NCBI GenBank assembly: GCA_030611385.1 | Contig: JAUWPV010000002.1 | Coordinates: 15,433 to 79,432, forward strand | Direction: 5' to 3' | DNA: 64,000 nt | Source of the DNA: Bacillota bacterium | GTDB taxonomy: Bacteria > Bacillota > Dethiobacteria > DTU022 | In this document: one piece after another, positions 27,085 to 35,861 of the stretch | Numbering within the stretch: the stretch's first letter is position 1 | How the letters are laid out: every line of letters begins with the position of its first letter | Made by a program: the position numbers and the translations under genes | Notes under the pieces: generated by a model | The model's database searches: none | What the model saw: only the letters and a program-made list of their open reading frames with translations | What the model was told of the DNA's origin: nothing

Positions 27085-28008
27085 ATGGAAAAAGAAACAA
27101 AAACTCCTGTTGAGCGCCTGAAAGCGCTGCTCAACCCGCAGCTGTTATTAGCGGTTATTGCCGTTCTGGTTGTTGCTGTAATCGTGCTGGGTACATTAAT
27201 GATGCAGCAGCAGCAGGATCAGGTAGCCGCCACTGTTAATGGTGAAGAGATTACAAAAGAAGAACTTTTTGAAGCAATGTATATCCAGGGTGGCAGTGGA
27301 GCTCTGGATCAGTTGATTTCCAGGCATCTGATTTTACAGGAAGGCGAGAAGTCCGGTATCATAATTAGTGAAGAAGAATTGGATGAAGAGATCAAAAGTA
27401 TTATCGATGAAAGTTTTCAGGGTTCAGAAGACGATTTCATAAGTGCACTTGAATTATATGGTATTAGCCTGGAAGCTTTTCGGAAAGATGCCATTTTAAA
27501 CCTGATGGTTCGTCAAATGGCATTAAATCGGATTGAACCTTCCGAAGAAGAGGCGCAGCAGTTTTTCGAGGAGAACCGACATCTTTTTGATCAACCGGAA
27601 AAGACAGAAGCAAAACATATCCTGGTTGAAACCGAAGAGACAGCGAATGAGGTTGTTGCCCTGCTCAGGGAGGGCGGAGATTTCGCTCAACTGGCAGCGG
27701 AATATTCGATTGACTCATCCAATAAAGATGCTGGAGGGTACCTAGGCTTTTTCAGCCGGGGTATGATGGTTGCAGAATTCGAAACAGCGGCATTTACTCT
27801 TGAGATTGGTGTGTTCAGCGATCCAATTCAGACCGATTTCGGTTTTCACATCATCGAAGTTCTTGACCGCTCAGAAGAAGTAGTAGTGATTTATGAAGAG
27901 ATCAGTGTTCAGGTTATAGAAGCCCTGGTTGAGTCTAAAATCCCAACAGTGATCAATGAATTGGTCCAGTCTCTTTTCGAGCAGGCTGTAATTGACAATA
28001 AGCTTTAA
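27085..28008 (+). CDS. prsA: PpiC/parvulin-type peptidyl-prolyl isomerase (PrsA/SurA-like foldase) with an N-terminal membrane anchor
   Basis: ATG at 27085 follows GAGGG. N-terminal TM segment, SurA-N-like domain and PpiC domain ([17 protein letters not shown]). Confidence 0.65.
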   Translation: MEKETKTPVERLKALLNPQLLLAVIAVLVVAVIVLGTLMMQQQQDQVAATVNGEEITKEELFEAMYIQGGSGALDQLISRHLILQEGEKSGIIISEEELDEEIKSIIDESFQGSEDDFISALELYGISLEAFRKDAILNLMVRQMALNRIEPSEEEAQQFFEENRHLFDQPEKTEAKHILVETEETANEVVALLREGGDFAQLAAEYSIDSSNKDAGGYLGFFSRGMMVAEFETAAFTLEIGVFSDPIQTDFGFHIIEVLDRSEEVVVIYEEISVQVIEALVESKIPTVINELVQSLFEQAVIDNKL

Positions 28009-28029
28009 TCTTAAGCGGCTGTAAAAAAC

Positions 28030-28791
28030 TCAGGCCCGTGTTGACTGCAGTTTGTGCCGGCGTGAGCTGGCCAGCCTGATGGTGGCACGATGGGCTTGCT
28101 TCTCCAGGGTATCATCCAGCGATAGAAGCTGGTATTTCTGGTTGCGGTAAGACAGGGCTTTTTGTAACAGGTAGTCCGTTAACCAGGGGTTTTTCGGTAA
28201 TAGCGAACCGTGTAGATAGGTGCCGATTACATTTTTGTAAACGGCACCTTCAGTTTTATCAGTGCCATTATTGCCGTAACCGGTTATTACCTCTCCCAGC
28301 GGTTTAAGGGAAGAACCGAGATAAGTTTTACCGGCATGATTTTCAAAGCCGACCAGTGTCCGGGGCGGTTTCCACAAAGAGCAGTTGACAACAGCATTGC
28401 CAATCAGCCGTTTCTGACCCGTTTCAGTATAAAGATCGACTATTCCCAAACCGTCGATCTGCTTACCCTGACTGGTGACATAGTAATGGCCGAGCAGCTG
28501 GTAAGAACCGCAAACAGCAAAAATAGTCATCCCTGCGTCAATTGCTTTACGCATTTCATCACGGCGGCTTTTTAAATCTTCTGCTACCAACTGCTGATCA
28601 CTGTCTTGCCCACCGCCCATAAACAGCAGATCACAGCTGGAAAAGCATATTTTGTCACCTGGTTCAACAGGGATCACCGCGATATCAATGCCGTGCCAGC
28701 CGGCCCGGCGGCAGAGAGCGAGCATATTGCCACGGTCGCCGTAAAGATTTAAATGCCCGGGATAAAGATGATAAATATTGATCAGAGCCAT
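28030..28791 (-). CDS. gatD: Lipid II isoglutaminyl synthase glutaminase subunit GatD (CobQ/CobB-type GATase)
   Basis: Start at MALINIYHLYPGHLNLYGD. Catalytic Cys in AVCGSYQLLG. Sits immediately downstream of murT. Confidence 0.75.
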   Translation of the reverse strand: MALINIYHLYPGHLNLYGDRGNMLALCRRAGWHGIDIAVIPVEPGDKICFSSCDLLFMGGGQDSDQQLVAEDLKSRRDEMRKAIDAGMTIFAVCGSYQLLGHYYVTSQGKQIDGLGIVDLYTETGQKRLIGNAVVNCSLWKPPRTLVGFENHAGKTYLGSSLKPLGEVITGYGNNGTDKTEGAVYKNVIGTYLHGSLLPKNPWLTDYLLQKALSYRNQKYQLLSLDDTLEKQAHRATIRLASSRRHKLQSTRA

Positions 28792-28793
28792 CT

Positions 28794-30242
28794 TTAATCC
28801 TCCCAATAGGGTTTGCCCAGACCCATTTTATTTAAAGTACGGTGTATTTCAAGCATTGCTGTATAGGTCGGCAGAATAAAGAGCAGACCACCAGGCGGGG
28901 TTTTTTCGATGGCTTTATTGATCGCCAGGTTTGTCTCTTCCTCTATCTGGATTTGGTCGGGATTGAAGCCGGCATATTTAAAACGAACCGCCATATCCCA
29001 GGCCCGCAGCCCGGATACCAGCACTGCTGAAAGTTTATCTTTTACTGCTGAAAGCTGTTCAAAATCGACATCCCACAACCAGGAAACATCGGTACCGTCA
29101 GCGATCTTATCGTTTATAGCCATCAGTATCGCAATATTATCTTTTTGGGTAAGGATAGTTCTTAAAACTTCATTGGCTCCGACCGGGTTTTTAATCAGGG
29201 CCATAATTATTGTTTTATTGTTCAATTTAAATGTTTCCATCCTGCCGAATGAGGGGACGGCCTTCTCCAGGGCTTGCGAAATTACTCTCACAGGAATTGA
29301 AAGTGCCTGGGCACAGGTTACGGCAGCCAAAAGATTGTAAAGGTTATAGGTTCCCAGCAGAGGAAAGGCCAGTTCAATCTTTTCGTTGGGTAGGCTGATC
29401 TGCAGCACGGCAGTACCAGCGGAGTTAATCCTTCGTCCGGTCAGTTTAATGTCGGGTTCAGGCCGCCTGTAATTGCAGGAGGGGCAGTGATAATGTCCCA
29501 GATGGGCAAAGTAGATCTTGTCATAATTGAGTTTTTTTTGGCAGCGGGGGCAGGTTTTGATATCCCGGCCGGTATTCTGAAAGGTATCGGTGGGTAGATC
29601 CAGATCAAGGCCGTAAGTCCACCTTGTTGTGCAGCTGTTATTTTCAATACTGACCAGGGATGGATCATCGGCATTGATTACCTGAAAACCGCTCGTAGGC
29701 TGTGCTTCCAGGCCGCGTTTGAGCGAGTTTCGAATATTGTCGATTTCGCCGTAACGGTCCAGTTGATCTCTGAATACGTTGGTCAATACTATTCCACGAG
29801 GTTGGATGCTTTGGGTCACCCCCGGGAAAGCGCCCTCATCAACTTCCATAACAGCATAGTTTCCGGGCAGTTTTGCCGTCCAGGATGAAGCTTCAATTAA
29901 AGCCGATGCCACACCCCATGCCATGTTGGAGCCGGATTGATTATGAACGCACCTGAAGCCGGCTTCCTTGAGGATACCGGTGATCAGTGCGGTAGTGGTT
30001 GTTTTACCATTGGTGCCAGTGACGATTAGGCTGCCTTCAGCCAGTTGACCAATCAGGGATGATGAAAGACGCGGCGCAATCGTTAACGCAATTCTGCCGG
30101 GCAGGGTTGTTCCACCGCGTCCAAGAATCCTGGTTAGGATCATTAGTGTTTTACCAGCCCAAACCGCACCTAGCAGTTTTGTTACAAAAAGGCGGTCATT
30201 GAAACCGCCCGTGTGGAACTTCTGTAACTGCTCTTTCCTCAC
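28794..30242 (-). CDS. murT: Lipid II isoglutaminyl synthase MurT (Mur-ligase domain plus C-terminal DUF1727 and Cys4 zinc ribbon)
   Basis: 482 aa. GTNGKTTT P-loop, CPRC...CPSC ribbon, and murT-gatD operon arrangement. Confidence 0.8.
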   Translation of the reverse strand: MRKEQLQKFHTGGFNDRLFVTKLLGAVWAGKTLMILTRILGRGGTTLPGRIALTIAPRLSSSLIGQLAEGSLIVTGTNGKTTTTALITGILKEAGFRCVHNQSGSNMAWGVASALIEASSWTAKLPGNYAVMEVDEGAFPGVTQSIQPRGIVLTNVFRDQLDRYGEIDNIRNSLKRGLEAQPTSGFQVINADDPSLVSIENNSCTTRWTYGLDLDLPTDTFQNTGRDIKTCPRCQKKLNYDKIYFAHLGHYHCPSCNYRRPEPDIKLTGRRINSAGTAVLQISLPNEKIELAFPLLGTYNLYNLLAAVTCAQALSIPVRVISQALEKAVPSFGRMETFKLNNKTIIMALIKNPVGANEVLRTILTQKDNIAILMAINDKIADGTDVSWLWDVDFEQLSAVKDKLSAVLVSGLRAWDMAVRFKYAGFNPDQIQIEEETNLAINKAIEKTPPGGLLFILPTYTAMLEIHRTLNKMGLGKPYWED

Positions 30243-30266
30243 CTCTGACTACTCACATCCTACTTC

Positions 30267-30731
30267 TTATAGTTTTACCATGCACTGGACCATATCTGAC
30301 CTGGTCACGATCCCCACCAGCTTTTCGTTGTTGTCAACCACAGGGACACGGTTAATCTTGCGGCGGTTCATAATTTGAGCGACATCGCTACCCGTGGCAT
30401 CTTCGCCGATAGTATAGACCTTTTTAGTCATTACCTGCCCTATTTTCGTTTTATGCAGTAGTTCCAAGCCTTTGCGTACACTGGCCAGATCTGAAATGTC
30501 GGCATAAGGAGAAATCCAGCCGGAAAGGTTGGAGAGTGGAATTATATTGATCGTTTGAGAATAACGAATAATATCAGTATCAGAAATAACACCGATTACT
30601 TTATTATCTGCATCGACTACGGGAACACCACTGAAACGATGCTTGGCCAGCAGTTCAAGCACATCCTGCAGAGGCTGTTCCTCGTTAACACTGATAGCAG
30701 GTGAACTCATAATGTCTTTTACTGTATGCAT
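30267..30731 (-). CDS. CBS-domain pair protein
   Basis: Two CBS motifs. Start taken at MHTVKDIMSSP, preceded by GGGAGG. Confidence 0.6.
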   Translation of the reverse strand: MHTVKDIMSSPAISVNEEQPLQDVLELLAKHRFSGVPVVDADNKVIGVISDTDIIRYSQTINIIPLSNLSGWISPYADISDLASVRKGLELLHKTKIGQVMTKKVYTIGEDATGSDVAQIMNRRKINRVPVVDNNEKLVGIVTRSDMVQCMVKL

Positions 30732-30915
30732 TTTAAACCTCCCGATAAAATTATGATAACGATTAATGTATCCAAGATTCAACAGTCATTATTCTTGATA
30801 GACCTGGTTTTATGGGGGCAAAATTTGTTATGCCGCCTGTTCAGATTTAAATAGTTCTACAAGACATTGATCATTCCTGCTTCCGTTGACTGAAATCGTT
30901 GAAGAAATAGATCAG

Positions 30916-32754
30916 TTAATTGTTCCGGAAGGGCAGGGCATTAACAAAAATATCCTGAAAATCCGGGCGGGTGGAAAGTTCCAGATGTTCAACTTTTTCT
31001 GGGGTAGTCAGCGCCCTGGCCCGCACCGCTTTTGAAGCAAGGGCCATTTTCGATCCGTCACCGGCTGCGTTACCAACGGCAATAATTTTTTCCGGCGGTA
31101 GTTGGGGCAGTAGTCCAATAGTTAGAGCGCTTTCTTTACGCACATAGTTGCCGAAGGCGCCGGCTAACAGGACCTGATCAAGATCGTTTTCACTGATGCC
31201 GGCCTCCTTTAGCAGAATCATCAGGCCGGCGTAGATTGCCCCCTTAGCCAGCTGTAGTTCGCGTAGATCGCCCTGGGTTAGCACCAGATCATCACCGGTT
31301 TCAGATTTAGCACCGGGAACGAGAACAAATTCAAAGCCGCCCGGGCCGCGCCGCAGCCGATCCTTAAAGCAGGCGGGAACCTCATCCGGGTTTTCCTCCG
31401 GGTTGATAAAACGGCCGCTTGGCTCGATTAAGCCGGCATCGAGCAGCGCGGCGGCAGCGTCGATCAATCCCGAACCGCAGATGCCGCAGGCCGGAGTATT
31501 GCCAATAATACTCAGCTCGATATCACCATTAACGTAGCTGACCGCCTCGATCGCTCCAGCTGCGGCTCGCATACCCTGTTTGATCTGCGCTCCCTCAAAA
31601 GCAGGGCCGGCTGCGGTTGAACAGGCCGTTAGTTTGCCGTTTGCAACCAGCACCAGCTCGCCGTTGGTACCAATGTCGATTGCCGCGCAGATGTCCCTGC
31701 GCCGGTCCATATTCGTGGCCAGAATCACTCCGACGGTATCAGAACCGATATAACCGGCTATATTTGGTAGAAAAACTACTCTTCCCGCAGGGTTTATCTT
31801 TAACCCAAGTTCGGAGGCCTCCACATCCAGAGCCCGGCTGTAAGCAGGAATAAAAGGCGCGGGAGCCAGGTAGGCTGGGTCTACGCCCATAAAAAAATGA
31901 CTCATCGTTGTATTGCCGACGATGACTATTTCATAAACATGATCACGCGCAATTTTAGTTTGTCTGAGTAGATCCCTGATAATCTCGTTTGCGGACCCGA
32001 TCACTTTATCCTGCAGCTGTTTTAAGCCGCCTTTAACCTGGGAGGCGTGAGTGATCCGCGAGATCACATCGGCGCCGTAAATGTTTTGAGGGTTGGTAGC
32101 CGCTGCTACCGCCAGAACCGCAGCCGTTTTTAAATCGAGCAACGAACCGACGATCGTGGTTGTTCCGATATCGAAAGCGATTCCGTATAGCTGGTCAGTA
32201 GTATCGCCTGGTTCGATCGAGATAAGTCGGCTTCCACTGATGACCACAGTTACTGAAAAGCCGTTATTTCTCAGCAGGGCGGGTAAACCCGCAAGTTCGC
32301 GCAGGTTAACTGTAAGGTTCGGGCGATCCAACTTTATGAGCAGCCTTTCTAAGTCGGCCACCTGGTCTTTAAGCGCCGGTAGGTCCAGTTTGACTGCTAT
32401 TTTTTCCACGAACGGTTCTGCCTCAAGGTTTTCCACTCCACCGGGCATAGTTGTTTTTCGGGTGTAGGCGTCTCTTTGCAGAGGCACTTCAACAACACAA
32501 TTCTGTTCAACTTTCCTCGTGCAGGCCAGCACCCAGCCGGCTTTCAGTTCACTGTCTGATAGCTGTTCTTTTTCGGCGTCCGTGGGGTCGCCGCGGTTTC
32601 CTTCGATAACCTTTACCCGACACTTGCCACAGGTGCCCTTGCCGGCGCAATCTCCTTCAACATATAGGCCAGCCTGGTCAGCTGCTTTAAGTAAATTTGT
32701 TCCGCTTTCAACTTCGATTAATTTGTTTTGGGGGATAAATTTAACTTTAAGCAT
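30916..32754 (-). CDS. RACo/AcsV-like reductive activator of corrinoid enzymes (N-terminal plant-type [2Fe-2S] ferredoxin domain plus ASKHA ATPase/DUF4445)
   Basis: 612 aa. N-terminal CAGKGTCGKCRV...C ferredoxin motif followed by an ASKHA-fold domain typical of RACE proteins. Confidence 0.7.
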   Translation of the reverse strand: MLKVKFIPQNKLIEVESGTNLLKAADQAGLYVEGDCAGKGTCGKCRVKVIEGNRGDPTDAEKEQLSDSELKAGWVLACTRKVEQNCVVEVPLQRDAYTRKTTMPGGVENLEAEPFVEKIAVKLDLPALKDQVADLERLLIKLDRPNLTVNLRELAGLPALLRNNGFSVTVVISGSRLISIEPGDTTDQLYGIAFDIGTTTIVGSLLDLKTAAVLAVAAATNPQNIYGADVISRITHASQVKGGLKQLQDKVIGSANEIIRDLLRQTKIARDHVYEIVIVGNTTMSHFFMGVDPAYLAPAPFIPAYSRALDVEASELGLKINPAGRVVFLPNIAGYIGSDTVGVILATNMDRRRDICAAIDIGTNGELVLVANGKLTACSTAAGPAFEGAQIKQGMRAAAGAIEAVSYVNGDIELSIIGNTPACGICGSGLIDAAAALLDAGLIEPSGRFINPEENPDEVPACFKDRLRRGPGGFEFVLVPGAKSETGDDLVLTQGDLRELQLAKGAIYAGLMILLKEAGISENDLDQVLLAGAFGNYVRKESALTIGLLPQLPPEKIIAVGNAAGDGSKMALASKAVRARALTTPEKVEHLELSTRPDFQDIFVNALPFRNN

Positions 32755-32816
32755 AGCTTCAGAACTCCTTTACAAGTACAAATAAAAGCAACCTTAAGCC
32801 GGTTGCTCCTGAAAGA

Positions 32817-32891
32817 TGGTGCGCCCGCAGGGATTCGAACCCTGACTTCAGGCTCCGGAGGCCTGCGTGATATCCCTTTCACCACGGGCGC
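32817..32891 (-). tRNA. tRNA-Arg (anticodon CCG)
   Basis: 75 nt on the minus strand. Acceptor GCGCCCG/CGGGCGC, anticodon arm CAGGC-CUCCGGA-GCCUG, T-loop TTCGAAT, discriminator A plus CCA. Confidence 0.8.
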
Positions 32892-33094
32892 CTGGCACTT
32901 TTGAACAATGCCATAATAACATCAAGCCCCGGTCAAGTCAAACCGGAAAAGCGCCAGAAGTGATTCTCTTTCCCATCTCACAATCAGCAGAAGCAATTAA
33001 AGGCGCCTGTCCCCCGATCGATTTTGATTTGAACGAGGGGCATAAACTGATTTCCCGGGCAGGAAAAGACAGGATCAGTATGGAATTAAATTTA

Positions 33095-33133
33095 AATGCG
33101 CCGTAGGAAGGGCTTTTCGTGGCGCATTTTATT
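33095..33133 (+). promoter_or_regulatory. Terminator-like hairpin AATGCGCC-(18 nt)-GGCGCATT plus T-run immediately 5' of the RBS of the M16 peptidase operon; possible attenuator
   Basis: 8-bp stem plus TTTTATT, ending 6 nt before GAGGAGG. Follows a roughly 200-nt ORF-free leader. Confidence 0.35.
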
Positions 33134-33151
33134 AAGTGAGGAGGTTTGGTT

Positions 33152-34459
33152 TTGCCGGAAGAATATTTGTACCACTATTTACCTAATGGAATCAGGTTAA
33201 TCTTTATGCCGATCAAGAAGTTTAAAACAATTTCGATGGGATTATTCTTGCATCAGGAGCTGACCCCGGAAGTTGCTGCTGCAAATGCTCTCCTGCCGGC
33301 AGTACTCGAACAGGGCAGTCGGCTCTACCCCGATTATCTGACCCTGCAGCGGGAACTTGAAAACCTCTACGGTGCCGAATTGGACACAGATATCATTAAA
33401 AGCGGTGAACGACATATTCTTGCCTTTACTCTGGAAATGGCCCATAACCGTTATTTAGGAGAAAATGACAGACTGTTGCGTAAAGGAATGTCCGTTCTCG
33501 GTTCGGTGGTTAGTGATCCGCTCGTCATCGATGGTTCTTTCAGGGAAGATTATGTGGCCCAGGAGAAGACCCAGTTGATTAAAGATATCAAAGCGCTGCT
33601 TAACGATAAAGCAGCTTATGCCCTTGAACGCTGTCTGGCTTTGATGTGTGCGGAAGAGAGATTTGGCATCAACAAACTTGGCCGGGTCGAAGATTACAGG
33701 TCGATTGGTGCGGACAGGTTATACAGCTATTATCAAGATCTCTTCTTGCACAACCCCATTGATTTATATGTCATTGGTGACCTGGAAGAAGAAGAGGTAG
33801 TCAGTGCAGCCGGTGATCTGTTTAACTTTACCCACAACGTAGAGGGGAAAGCACTTCCTGAAACTGAGATTATGCAACAGGTTTCGGAAGTAAAATTAAG
33901 TGAAGAAGCGATGACTGTCAATCAGGGCAAACTGGTCCTTGGTTTTCGCACCTATACTGGTTACCAGGACGAGCTGTACTGTTCACTGCTCGTATACAAC
34001 GGTGTATTAGGTGGGTTTCCGCATTCCAAGCTCTTCATGAAGGTACGGGAAGAAGCGGGTCTGGCCTACTATATTAATACCCGTCTGGAAAGGCACAAGG
34101 GGCTTATGGTTATGACGGCCGGAATCAATTATGCAGATTACCAAAAGGTGCGGAAAATCATCGATCGTCAGCTTGAGGATATGGCCTCGGGGAAAATCAG
34201 TGATGTCGAACTCGACAATACCAGGCGAGGCCTGATCAACCAGCTGCGTTCTCAACAGGACAGCCCTAACCAGCTGATCGCTGTTCACCTTGACGGTTCT
34301 GTCGGAGGTAAAACGTATACCATTGAAGAACTCAGCGCCGGTATTGACGCGGTTGGGCGGGAAGAGGTTATGGCTGCAGCCGAACGGGTTAAACTGGATA
34401 CGGTTTACCTGCTGCGGCCCCGGGAAGGAGAAATGGAAAACAATGGCTGTTCACTGTAA
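33152..34459 (+). CDS. M16-family (pitrilysin/insulinase-like) peptidase subunit lacking the HxxEH zinc motif (non-catalytic partner type)
   Basis: Start taken at the in-frame TTG 7 nt after GGAGG. Peptidase_M16 N and C domains; no HxxEH. Confidence 0.6.
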   Translation: MPEEYLYHYLPNGIRLIFMPIKKFKTISMGLFLHQELTPEVAAANALLPAVLEQGSRLYPDYLTLQRELENLYGAELDTDIIKSGERHILAFTLEMAHNRYLGENDRLLRKGMSVLGSVVSDPLVIDGSFREDYVAQEKTQLIKDIKALLNDKAAYALERCLALMCAEERFGINKLGRVEDYRSIGADRLYSYYQDLFLHNPIDLYVIGDLEEEEVVSAAGDLFNFTHNVEGKALPETEIMQQVSEVKLSEEAMTVNQGKLVLGFRTYTGYQDELYCSLLVYNGVLGGFPHSKLFMKVREEAGLAYYINTRLERHKGLMVMTAGINYADYQKVRKIIDRQLEDMASGKISDVELDNTRRGLINQLRSQQDSPNQLIAVHLDGSVGGKTYTIEELSAGIDAVGREEVMAAAERVKLDTVYLLRPREGEMENNGCSL

Positions 34460-35750
34460 TTTGATTGAGAATGGTGCTCTGCAGGAAACTCTTTATTACT
34501 ACCGGCTTTACCCGGGTTTGGATCTCTATGTTTTGCCTAAGCCGGGTTACTATAAAAAATACGCCATTTTTTCGACCCGCTTCGGATCAATCGATAACCG
34601 CTTCCGGGTGGAAACGGGAGGGGAGATTAGCATAGTGCCGGATGGGGTGGCTCATTTCCTCGAGCATAAACTTTTTGAAGACGACCGGGGTAATGTCTTT
34701 GACCGTTTCGCCGCACTTGGGGGTTCGGCCAATGCCTTTACCTCTTTTACACAGACTGCTTACCTCTTTTCCTGTACTGCTAATTTTGAGAAAAACTTTC
34801 AGCTGCTGCTCGATTTTGTACAGGAACCCTATTTTACGGAACAAACAGTACAGAAAGAGCAGGGGATTATCGGTCAGGAGATCAAGATGTACGAAGATCA
34901 CCCGCACTGGAGAGTCTTTTTTAACCTGCTGGAGGCGCTTTACCGTGAGCATCCGGTACGCAATGATATCGCCGGTACAGCGGAAAGCATCGCCATGATT
35001 ACCCCGGAACTTTTGTATCGCTGTTATAACACCTTCTATCATCCCAGCAATATGGCTCTCTTTGTAGTTGGGGATTTGACGCCGGACGATGTGAGCCGAC
35101 AGGTGGAAGCGAACCTGGCTGGACGCGATTACCAGCCGATGGGCTCGATCGTGCGCATCTATCCGCAGGAACCGGCAGAGATAACCAGAGATCGCACGGT
35201 CCAGGAACTGGTAGTTTCCGAGCCGATTTTTTTCCTTGGGTTTAAAGATATGGTTGTGGAGAAATTGGCTGGGCGGGATCTGATGCGCCGGGAAATCCTG
35301 ATGGAACTGGTTCTTGATATCATGTTTGGAACCAGCGAAGCGCTCTACAATGATCTCTATCGCGACGATCTGATTGACATAAACTTTGGAGCGGAATATA
35401 CTGCCGAAAACAACTATGCCTATACCATGATCGGTGGCGAAACGAAGGAACCCGAGCAGCTATATCAAAGGATTATGGAGACGGTGCTTAAAGCTAAAAA
35501 GGAAGGGATCACGTCAGAGCAGTTTGAGCGCCACCGCCGTAAAATTTTGGGAGGTTATATCAGACGATTCAACTCGCTTGAAGTTATTGCCAATAATTTC
35601 CTGGCATACCGTTTTAGGGACACGGATCTTTTCGAACTGCCGTCAATCCTACATGAAATCAGACGTGAAGAGGCCATCGCTTTGATTGAGGAAAACTTCG
35701 AACCGGCCCGTCATGCCGTTTCCCTGATTCTGCCTCAGGCGGACGGGTAG
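34443..35750 (+). CDS. M16-family zinc peptidase (HFLEH zinc-binding motif present)
   Basis: Start at MAVHCNLIENG, overlapping the upstream stop. HxxEH motif at VAHFLEHKLFE. Confidence 0.7.
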   Translation: MAVHCNLIENGALQETLYYYRLYPGLDLYVLPKPGYYKKYAIFSTRFGSIDNRFRVETGGEISIVPDGVAHFLEHKLFEDDRGNVFDRFAALGGSANAFTSFTQTAYLFSCTANFEKNFQLLLDFVQEPYFTEQTVQKEQGIIGQEIKMYEDHPHWRVFFNLLEALYREHPVRNDIAGTAESIAMITPELLYRCYNTFYHPSNMALFVVGDLTPDDVSRQVEANLAGRDYQPMGSIVRIYPQEPAEITRDRTVQELVVSEPIFFLGFKDMVVEKLAGRDLMRREILMELVLDIMFGTSEALYNDLYRDDLIDINFGAEYTAENNYAYTMIGGETKEPEQLYQRIMETVLKAKKEGITSEQFERHRRKILGGYIRRFNSLEVIANNFLAYRFRDTDLFELPSILHEIRREEAIALIEENFEPARHAVSLILPQADG

Positions 35751-35861
35751 CTTACAGTAAAATTCAGTAAAACCCCGAAGGTTGATTTTTATTTTAGGTC
35801 AGGTTAAAATAGGACCATTGAGGTGCACATAACTGTGCACAGGGCAACAGGAGGCCTGACC

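Noticed and set aside
32867-33106. 79-aa ORF adjacent to and overlapping the tRNA-Arg region
   Set aside because: Lies in the tRNA 5' end and leader region with no RBS; spurious.
34290-34442. N-terminal extensions of the second M16 gene (34290), of proX (5521), of the HgdB-like gene (to 25601), of the fusion gene (35823) and of prsA (27070)
   Set aside because: The extensions overlap upstream genes and lack an RBS. Internal ATG starts with good Shine-Dalgarno sequences give canonical N-termini.
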